A stretch of 64,000 bases of DNA, taken from the NCBI GenBank assembly GCA_051251855.1, contig JBPOGI010000006.1:64001-128000 (forward strand). Reading direction: 5' to 3'. Shown piece by piece: positions 56,884-64,000 of the stretch. The stretch comes from Roseibacillus sp. (GTDB taxonomy: Bacteria; Verrucomicrobiota; Verrucomicrobiia; Verrucomicrobiales; Akkermansiaceae). Numbering within the stretch: the first letter of the stretch is position 1; each line of letters starts with the position of its first letter. The notes under the pieces were generated by a model, which ran no database searches, had not been told where the DNA came from, and saw only the letters and a program-made list of their open reading frames with translations. The translations under genes were made by a program, and so were the position numbers.

Positions 56884-58413
56884 CTAATCCCGAGTGCCGC
56901 GGGGATCCTTTTTGGGGACCTTGAGTTCTGTCCGAAGACGCGTGAGCTCTTTTTCGAGAGTCTTGCGCGTTTCAGCATAGCTCGGGTCCTCAAAAACGCT
57001 CTTCAATTCATGCGGATCAGTTTGGAGGTCGAAGAGTTGCCAGTAGTCATCGGGCTTGTAGAGATGGACCAGTTTGTAGCGGTCGGTAATGACGCCATAG
57101 TGGCGTGGCACGCTGTGGACGCCGGGAAACTCGTAGTAGTGATAGTAGAAGCTCTTTCGCCAGTCTTCGGGTGTTTCTCCCTTGAAAAGAGGAAGCAGGC
57201 TTTGGCCCTGCATGTGGCTGGGGACGGGAATGTCGGCGGCTTCGAGGAAGGTTTCGGCGAAGTCCAAGTTGGAAACGATGTCTTTGTTCACGCTGCCGGG
57301 CGCAATGACGTCGGGCCAGCGCACGAGGAGAGGTGTTCGCACCGATTCTTCATAAATCCAGCGCTTATCAAACCAGCCGTGCTCGCCAAGGTAGAAGCCT
57401 TGGTCGGAGGAGTAAACGACGATGGTGTTTTCTCCTAAACCAGATTCGTCCAAATAGTCTAACAGTTTTCCCACGCTGTCATCGACGGAAGCAATGCAGG
57501 CCAAGTAGTCGTGCATGTAACGTTGATACTTCCAGCGAACCAATTCTTCTCCTTCGAGATTGGCTGCTAAGAATTTCTCGTTACGAGGTTGATAGTAGGC
57601 GTGCCATTGGTCGCGGACGGACTTGGGAATGCTGCTGTTGATTTTCAGTTTGAGGTCGCCCTCATGCATGGTCTTGGCGAGGGACATGTCTTGGTTTCGT
57701 TCGCCGGGGCCACGGCCTGAGTAGTCATCGAAGAGTGTCTCTGGTTCGGGGTAAGGTTTGCCGTTATCATGATCGAGTTTGTCGACGTGGGGCGACCAGT
57801 TGCGATGGGGCGCCTTGTGCTGGCACATCAGGAGAAAGGGTTTGGAGGGGTCGCGTTTTTCCTTCAACCATTCCAGACTGAGGTCGGTCACGATATCGCT
57901 GACGTAACCCTTTTCGCGAACGTCTTCTCCATTGAGAATCATCTTGGGGTTGTAGTATTGCCCTTGGCCGGGGAGGACTTGCCAGTGGTCAAAACCGGTG
58001 GGAGAGCTGCCCAAGTGCCACTTGCCGATGACGGCGGTTTGGTAGCCGTTGGCTTGTAGCTGTTTGGGGAAGGTGACTTGCGAGCCATCGAATTTGCAGC
58101 CGGCATTGTCGACGAAGCCGTTGATGTGATTGTAGGTGCCGGACATGATGGTGGCCCGGCTGGGTCCGCAGATGGAGTTCGTTACAAGGCAACGGTCGAA
58201 GCGCATCCCTTCCTTGGCGAGGCGATCAATGTTGGGAGTTTTGTTACGGTTCGAGCCATAGGCGCTGATGGCTTGGTAAGCGTGGTCGTCCGAAAAGATG
58301 AAGACGATGTTGGGCTGCTCCTTGGCGACGAGTAAGCCACTAGAGGCGAAAGCGAGTAAGGCGCTACTCAGGACGGCTAAAGAGGATCGAAAGAAAGAAG
58401 AGCGAGGAATCAT
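56884..58413 (-). CDS. Sulfatase (secreted)
   Basis: [26 protein letters not shown]. Confidence 0.95.
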   Translation of the reverse strand: MIPRSSFFRSSLAVLSSALLAFASSGLLVAKEQPNIVFIFSDDHAYQAISAYGSNRNKTPNIDRLAKEGMRFDRCLVTNSICGPSRATIMSGTYNHINGFVDNAGCKFDGSQVTFPKQLQANGYQTAVIGKWHLGSSPTGFDHWQVLPGQGQYYNPKMILNGEDVREKGYVSDIVTDLSLEWLKEKRDPSKPFLLMCQHKAPHRNWSPHVDKLDHDNGKPYPEPETLFDDYSGRGPGERNQDMSLAKTMHEGDLKLKINSSIPKSVRDQWHAYYQPRNEKFLAANLEGEELVRWKYQRYMHDYLACIASVDDSVGKLLDYLDESGLGENTIVVYSSDQGFYLGEHGWFDKRWIYEESVRTPLLVRWPDVIAPGSVNKDIVSNLDFAETFLEAADIPVPSHMQGQSLLPLFKGETPEDWRKSFYYHYYEFPGVHSVPRHYGVITDRYKLVHLYKPDDYWQLFDLQTDPHELKSVFEDPSYAETRKTLEKELTRLRTELKVPKKDPRGTRD

Positions 58414-58469
58414 CCCTATGAGCAAAGCAAGTCGGTGACTTTAACTCAAGGGGCGAAATCGTTTTATAG

Positions 58470-59327
58470 CTACAAAACAATCTCGGTGCCGATTCCCTTG
58501 GAGGTGAAAATCTCTAACAGGAGCGAGTGGGGGAGGCGGCCGTCGATGAAGTGAACCTTTTGAGTGCCGGCCTGGAGGGCATCGAGAGCGGAGGTCACTT
58601 TCGGAATCATGCCACCCGAGATGGTGCCGTCGGCGAGGTAGCCGTTAGCTTCTTCTTGGTTGAGAGAGGCGATCAGAGTCTCGGGCTTGGCGGGGTCGCG
58701 CATGAGGCCGGGGACATCGGAAAGGTAGACCAGCTTGGCTGGCTGCAGCGATTTAGCCAAAGCGGCGGCCGCGAGGTCGGCATTGATATTGAGAGAAGCG
58801 CCGGTCCCGATTTCGCGGCCGAGAGGGGAGATGACGGGAACGATCCCGCTGGAGGTGGCGTAGAGAATGTCTTCGGTGGCGCAGGTTTCGACCTCACCCA
58901 CAAAGCCGATGTCTTTGCCAGCGGGCTTCATGCGGCGGGCTTGGAAAACGTCGGTGCCTGGGATGGCGGAGGCGCGTCCTCCATGACCGTTGAGGAGTTC
59001 GACGAGCTGGGGACTGAGAGTGTGCGTGAGGGTGTTTTCAACGAGCGAAATCGCTTTTTCACAAGTGACTCGAAAGCCTTCCACCCATTCGGGTTCGAGC
59101 CCGGACTCGGCCATGGCTGCCGAGATGGCTTTGCCTCCCCCGTGAACGAGAATGGGGTTGATACCGGCGACCTCGAGAAAAAGAATGTCGCGCATGAAGT
59201 CGGAGACCAACTGAGGATCCTCCATCACGGAGCCACCGATTTTGATGAGAAAGGTTTTCCCTCGAAAGCGCTGCAGGTAGGGCAGGGCCTTGATGAGAAC
59301 GGAGGCTTTGGCTTGCGGGTCGGTCAC
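58470..59327 (-). CDS. argB: Acetylglutamate kinase
   Basis: IKIGGS, VHGGG, NINAD, LSDVPG, GGMIPK. Confidence 0.95.
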   Translation of the reverse strand: MTDPQAKASVLIKALPYLQRFRGKTFLIKIGGSVMEDPQLVSDFMRDILFLEVAGINPILVHGGGKAISAAMAESGLEPEWVEGFRVTCEKAISLVENTLTHTLSPQLVELLNGHGGRASAIPGTDVFQARRMKPAGKDIGFVGEVETCATEDILYATSSGIVPVISPLGREIGTGASLNINADLAAAALAKSLQPAKLVYLSDVPGLMRDPAKPETLIASLNQEEANGYLADGTISGGMIPKVTSALDALQAGTQKVHFIDGRLPHSLLLEIFTSKGIGTEIVL

Positions 59328-59382
59328 GGCATTGAGGAAAGCAAAGCCAGCGGATGAGTCGAGACTTTGCTGAGGGTTTTAT

Positions 59383-60525
59383 CTACTCGTCCGCGGCTTT
59401 GGCGGCACTACGGATAGCAGCTTTGGCTTTGAGAAGGCGTTCGGGCCACTCGAAGGTGGGAGCGGTGCTGGGATCGTAGCCTTCGAGATGTCCCGTGAGG
59501 CGGGTGGCGGGCTTGGTGTAGACCAGCTCGGTATCGCGAAAGACCTCGCGGCAGAGTTCAGCGAGCGCGGGGTCGTATTCGATGAGTTCTTCTCTCGTGT
59601 TGACGTGATTGTGGTCGTGGTCGTTCTCGCGATTGTTTCCGAACCAAGACTGCACCCCTTCCGCAAAGTATTCGAAGTGATTGGTGGCAGCATACTTGTC
59701 TTTCCAGAGACCGGCCTGCATCGCTGCTTGGTAAGTTGCCTCTAACCGCTGGTCGAAAGTGGGGTCGACATTGAGGAGACCACGCAGATGAATGTTGTGC
59801 GCGAATTCATGGATGAGAATGTTCTCTGCCTCGTAGGGGTCGCCGGGATAGCCGAGGAGGTTTTCTTCTCCGCAGGAGCAGTAGCAATCCGTTCGGCTCC
59901 CACCCAAGCCACGGGCGCGCGCATCCCAAAAGGCTTTTGCGCTTACTCCTGGGTAATGGTCTTTGCCTTGAGCGAGGCGGGCGAATTCGGGGAGATCGGT
60001 CGTGAACTCGTTGTAGGCCATCACGCTCATGCGCGCTCCGCTATCGACCATGGCTTTGGCAATGTCGGGGCGCTTGGCGAGCATCTTGTCGATGAGGTAG
60101 GCTGCTTCTTTCAAGGCATAGGGATTCACTTTCTCGGAAGCGACGATGGGGTAGCCCACGGCTTTGAGCTGTTGTTGATAGAAAGTCGGAACGCCGTCTT
60201 GGCTGGCGGGGTCATAGCGATAGCCCTGCACTGGCACTTTCGAGGTCACATTGATGCGGGTGTCGCTTTCTTGTCCCACCACTTCGAATTCGTGTCCAAG
60301 GGTGGTGGTGATGAGGGTTTCCTTTCCCGGGGCGACGGTGCCATTGGGGACTCGTTTTCCTTCGGGATTGAGCCAGTAGATCGCGATCTCTTCTTCGCTG
60401 GCATTGAGGAATTGCAACTGCGGCCGCGATTTGGTGGGCGACTTTTCTTTCGAAATGCCCATAGCGAGAAGGGCACCTAAAATCATGAGAGGAAAGAAAG
60501 CGAGAGCGCGGCGATGGTTTCTCAT
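59383..60525 (-). CDS. Secreted putative zinc metallopeptidase with a small N-terminal beta domain
   Basis: Signal/TM segment; HEFAH and EYFAEG. Confidence 0.75.
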   Translation of the reverse strand: MRNHRRALAFFPLMILGALLAMGISKEKSPTKSRPQLQFLNASEEEIAIYWLNPEGKRVPNGTVAPGKETLITTTLGHEFEVVGQESDTRINVTSKVPVQGYRYDPASQDGVPTFYQQQLKAVGYPIVASEKVNPYALKEAAYLIDKMLAKRPDIAKAMVDSGARMSVMAYNEFTTDLPEFARLAQGKDHYPGVSAKAFWDARARGLGGSRTDCYCSCGEENLLGYPGDPYEAENILIHEFAHNIHLRGLLNVDPTFDQRLEATYQAAMQAGLWKDKYAATNHFEYFAEGVQSWFGNNRENDHDHNHVNTREELIEYDPALAELCREVFRDTELVYTKPATRLTGHLEGYDPSTAPTFEWPERLLKAKAAIRSAAKAADE

Positions 60526-60604
60526 GGAGGGGAGGCTACGTGTTCTGGCTCAAAAGTCTCTCGAATACGTTCGCTCGGTCCTCTCGACTGGATGCCCTAC
60601 AATC

Positions 60605-60745
60605 GGGAGCGTGGTCTTTCTAAGCCGCCACCTGTAGAGGTGGAAGGTTCAGGGTAAGGCCTGGAGACTTTCGGTCAAAAGGCGAGGTTCGGGTAATGGG
60701 GGTTGCGACTCGTTCCACCCTAGCGGCTTACAAAGCCACGCTCCC
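60605..60745. repeat. REP-like inverted pair; same family as 27562-27707
   Basis: GGGAGCGTGGTCTTTCTAAGCCGC ... GCGGCTTACAAAGCCACGCTCCC. Confidence 0.7.
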
Positions 60746-60750
60746 ATCAA

Positions 60751-61653
60751 TCAACCGAGATGCTCTTTGAAAAACGCAATCGTCCGCGTCCAAGCCAACT
60801 CCGCTTGCTCTTTGTCGTAGCGCCCAGTGGAGTCATTGTGGAAACCGTGATTGGCCTCGGGATACATCTGCATTTGGTAATCCGCGCCCGCCGCTTTGAG
60901 GTCTTCCTCATACTCGGGCCAACTGGCATTAACGCGCTTGTCGAGTTCTCCGAGTTGAATAAGTAATGGTCCTTTGATGTTCTTGCGCAGCTCCTTCGCT
61001 GCGGGGGTGCCGTAGAAAGGCACGCCGGCATTGAGTTCTTCGGGAAGGGTGGCTGCCAGCATGTTCACGATGTAGCCGCCAAAGCAAAAGCCGACCGCGC
61101 CCAGCTTTCCGTTGCTGAGCTTGTGCGCCTTGATGAACTTGGCCGCTGCGATGAAGTCTTGCTCCAGCTTGGCTTTATCCATTCCCTTTTGCATCGCGCG
61201 GCCCTCATCATCGTTGCCAGGATAACCACCGGAAGGATGCAGGCCATCAGGAGCGAAGGCGACAAATCCTGCTTTGGCCACGCGGCGGGCGACATCCTTG
61301 ACGTAGGGATTGAGCCCTCGGTTCTCGTGAATCACCAAGACGACATAAGCGGGGCCCTCCAGGTTGGTAGGGACCACCAGATAGCCCTTGCCCTCACCGT
61401 GACCTTGCGGGGAAGGAAAGGTCTCGTAGGTGGCTTTGATTTCGGGGTCATTGAAGCTGACTTGCTCGGCTGCGACATAGTTCGGGGTCAGCGCGGTCAA
61501 GAGTGTGCCCATCGTCAGGGTCGCGGTGGTGATTGTTCCCAAGCGCGCCAAGAAGGTGCGGCGGTCGATGACGCCATGGGCATACTCATCATACCAGTCG
61601 AAGGCTTCTTGCGGGATAGGGTGGGTGGTGGTGGATTCTTGGGATGGGTTCAT
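60751..61653 (-). CDS. Dienelactone hydrolase family (YghX-like)
   Basis: YDEYAHG.IDRR.F, IHENRGLNP, GFCFGG, HGFHND. Confidence 0.92.
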   Translation of the reverse strand: MNPSQESTTTHPIPQEAFDWYDEYAHGVIDRRTFLARLGTITTATLTMGTLLTALTPNYVAAEQVSFNDPEIKATYETFPSPQGHGEGKGYLVVPTNLEGPAYVVLVIHENRGLNPYVKDVARRVAKAGFVAFAPDGLHPSGGYPGNDDEGRAMQKGMDKAKLEQDFIAAAKFIKAHKLSNGKLGAVGFCFGGYIVNMLAATLPEELNAGVPFYGTPAAKELRKNIKGPLLIQLGELDKRVNASWPEYEEDLKAAGADYQMQMYPEANHGFHNDSTGRYDKEQAELAWTRTIAFFKEHLG

Positions 61654-61879
61654 GAAATGTTTTTGAGTTCCTCTCCTTCTTAGCGCGAAGCTTCCTTGTC
61701 GGAAAGGAATCAGTGTGAGGAATGTTCGTTGTCTCTCTTCAAAACGGAGCAAGGACATTCTTGTCCTTGAAAAGCGAGACTCCAAGTCCTCAGGACTCCT
61801 CGTTGTGAAAATTTTTCGGCCCCGGTGTCAGAACGTCAAGGTCGAGGGGTATGCCTTGGTGAACCTACCTAATTGAACG

Positions 61880-62392
61880 ATGAAAATCAGCACTCTCTCC
61901 AAGTCTCTTGCTCTTGCCGTCCCGCTTGTCGCGGTGGCTCCCGCCCATCTCGATGCCGCCGCCTATATCAAGTTTGATGGCATTATTGGCGAGGTCTCCG
62001 AAACCGGGTTCGAAGGTTATATCAAGTTCGATGGCTTCAAGATCGAGATTGATGGCACCAAGGCGACCGAGAAATTTGGAATTCCTTCTTTTAGTTTCCA
62101 AATGGAGAAGTCCTCGCCTCGGCTCATGTTGGCCTGTGCCAATGGCCTGACCATTCCCTCTGCGACTATTATCATGACAAGGCCTCACAGCAGTGGTCAG
62201 GAGAAAAGTTACCTCAAATATGAGCTCACCAATGTCAGAGTGCTCACTTACGGAAGCGATCGGAATGAACTGACGGATATCCCGGCAGATTCTTTTAGTC
62301 TCAACTATGAGGAGATTAAGGTCACCTATCAGGTCCTCGACTCTGCGGGCAATCCAATTGAAACCGTGACCACCGGCCCCTTGTTGCGATAG
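61880..62392 (+). CDS. Hcp-like (T6SS tube fold) protein with signal peptide
   Basis: AYIKFDGIIGE, EKSSPRLMLACANG, YLKYELTNVRV, SFSLNYEEIKVTY. Confidence 0.8.
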   Translation: MKISTLSKSLALAVPLVAVAPAHLDAAAYIKFDGIIGEVSETGFEGYIKFDGFKIEIDGTKATEKFGIPSFSFQMEKSSPRLMLACANGLTIPSATIIMTRPHSSGQEKSYLKYELTNVRVLTYGSDRNELTDIPADSFSLNYEEIKVTYQVLDSAGNPIETVTTGPLLR

Positions 62393-62414
62393 CTAACTAA
62401 GCGAAGAATCCACC

Positions 62415-63293
62415 ATGAATTCACGCACACTTCATAGAGTCCTTCTCATCGGACTCTTGCTCACCTCGGGACTTCCGGGGGCTAGGCTTTATCTCAAGAT
62501 TGAAGGGATTCGGGGAGAGTCGACGCATGCGGCCTACCCCGGTTGGATTGCCGCCGATAGCTTGCAGTTCGCTGGTTCGCTTTTCAACGGAGCCGCTGGA
62601 GGGTTTGGAGTGGTGAAGTCTCCTGACCGTTCCTCGGTGAGGTTGTTGCAAGCCTTAGCCAGTGAGCGTTATCTTCCCCGCGTCACGGTCGCCTTTCTCA
62701 AGCCTGATCCAACCAACAATGCGGGGGAAGATGTCGAGTTTGCGCGCGTTCTTTTCCGTGATGTTCTCGTTCGCTCCTGTGAGCAGGAGACCTTCACTTC
62801 GGGAACAGGGGAGGTGCTCTTGCAGGAAAAATATCGCCTAAGCTTTCGGGCCGTTTTCTATCGCTACCAGTCGGACGCGGGGGAGTCCGAGACCTCCTAT
62901 GTTGATTTGGATTTGGGAGCGGATACGGATGGCGACGGGATGACCGATAACTATGAAGACTTCTTCGGTCTCAACAAAAACCTCGATGATAGCGCGCTCG
63001 ATACCGACGGTGATGGCTTGACCCATCTGGAAGAGTTTCGATTGGGGCTCAATCCTCGTCTCTCGTCGTCTTCCTTCGTGCCCCGGGGTGGGGTGGATCC
63101 GGAAGACGCGGAGAACTTTCAGCTCACTTGGGCGACTAAGCCTGCCAAGTCCTATGACGTTTACTTCACTTCCGATTTGGCGCAGGAACCGGCCTTCCTT
63201 CGCCGAGTGACGGCGAGTGAGATGGATTCTTCGACGAGTTTTCGTCGCCTGCAATCGCGTGGGTTTTTCTCAATTCGAGAAGTGGTGGAGTGA
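62415..63293 (+). CDS. Hcp-like protein with signal peptide and acidic DxDGDG C-terminal domain
   Basis: LYLKIEGIRGES...GWI, DRSS..L, E.Y.LSF; DTDGDG twice, E.RLGLNP. Confidence 0.75.
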   Translation: MNSRTLHRVLLIGLLLTSGLPGARLYLKIEGIRGESTHAAYPGWIAADSLQFAGSLFNGAAGGFGVVKSPDRSSVRLLQALASERYLPRVTVAFLKPDPTNNAGEDVEFARVLFRDVLVRSCEQETFTSGTGEVLLQEKYRLSFRAVFYRYQSDAGESETSYVDLDLGADTDGDGMTDNYEDFFGLNKNLDDSALDTDGDGLTHLEEFRLGLNPRLSSSSFVPRGGVDPEDAENFQLTWATKPAKSYDVYFTSDLAQEPAFLRRVTASEMDSSTSFRRLQSRGFFSIREVVE

Positions 63294-64000
63294 TGAAGGA
63301 AGACCTTTTGGCGGATTGGAATCCGGAGAGTTTTCTCCACGACCTCGTTGCGGGTCACTACACGGTTGAGAGTAGTCCGAAGGGTTCGTCCCTCGATACG
63401 GTGACCTTGAAGCCGCGCTCGGTGGTGCATGAACAGTTGCTCCGGCTCTTTCTCGCGGGAGAGGATTGTGCAACTGATCTTGTCAAAGAGGCTTTGCCGA
63501 CCTCGGCGCAGGAACTCATCGCGCTGGGGATTCTGGAAGAAGAGGAGGGGATGATTCGCTCCCAGTTTCGCATCCGTCCTCATCCGGAAGGTTATCTCGC
63601 GGAGGATTTTCCGGCTCGGCTCTATACGTCGGCAACGGACTTTGTGATGGGGGTGGCGCCCACCACGCGCATGACGAGTCGTATTGCACCCGACTGCTCA
63701 CCGGAGACCGTGCTCGACCTCTGTTGTGGGGGCGGGTGGTTGGCTTTGACCCAGGCGCTGGCGGGTCGTTCGGTGACCGCCTGTGACCTCAATCCGCGTG
63801 CCTTACAAGTGGCTGCACTCAATAGTCGACTGCTCCAGGCCCCTGCGGTTTCGTGGCGACAAGGTCCATGGCTGGAACCGGTTGCGGGCGAAACCTTCGA
63901 CCTCATCGTGGCCAACCCTCCTTTTGTGCAAACCCCCGGGAGTTCCTCGGTGGCCCTCGATACTCCGGCCGAAGAAGATACCGCGGCGATTCTTCTTCCG
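63293..64000 (+). CDS. Class I SAM methyltransferase (PrmC/MTS-like), truncated by window end
   Basis: Manual translation from ATG 63293: VLDLCCGGG, DLNPRA, FDLIVANPPF. Confidence 0.85.
   Translation, partial: MKEDLLADWNPESFLHDLVAGHYTVESSPKGSSLDTVTLKPRSVVHEQLLRLFLAGEDCATDLVKEALPTSAQELIALGILEEEEGMIRSQFRIRPHPEGYLAEDFPARLYTSATDFVMGVAPTTRMTSRIAPDCSPETVLDLCCGGGWLALTQALAGRSVTACDLNPRALQVAALNSRLLQAPAVSWRQGPWLEPVAGETFDLIVANPPFVQTPGSSSVALDTPAEEDTAAILLP

Noticed and set aside
58527..59357. 276-aa plus-strand ORF
   Set aside because: Antisense shadow of argB

Overview
This 64-kb window is bacterial chromosome, most likely Verrucomicrobia (inferred from PEP-CTERM proteins, a CPACL zinc-ribbon Ser/Thr kinase with ECF sigma, a sulfatase and large secreted CotH/beta-helix proteins). 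Housekeeping blocks are a YtrA-type GntR/ABC operon, ECF/anti-sigma/ABC, fur-like-sufCBD, leuA (with a Leu-rich leader), mazG, thrC/thrB, mutY, avtA and argB. The stand-out region is a co-oriented unit of about 8.7 kb at ~48180-56877 with no phage or integrase genes. In order it holds: a promoter; a 75-aa leader ORF with mutually exclusive antiterminator/terminator helices; a ~1.2-kb highly structured ncRNA resembling GOLLD; an array of 19 tRNA/tRNA-like genes; RimJ/L-type GNAT; a hypothetical protein; an HNH nuclease; a truncated tRNA(CAU) plus a structured RNA; an SPFH protein; and RtcB RNA ligase. Two array tRNAs (Glu-UUC, Gln-UUG) are interrupted at the same T-loop position by 82- and 86-nt structured inserts with shared architecture, which are candidate novel tRNA introns next to an RNA ligase. 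One tRNA (Arg-UCU) lacks a D-arm. Other notable items are an STK/ECF/PEP-CTERM module sitting between thrB and thrC (three copies of TTTGTCCG-N16-CCAA, and a G9 frameshift in the kinase), two orphan Hcp-like proteins with signal peptides, and nested MITE/REP elements. All calls were made by eye; no searches were run.
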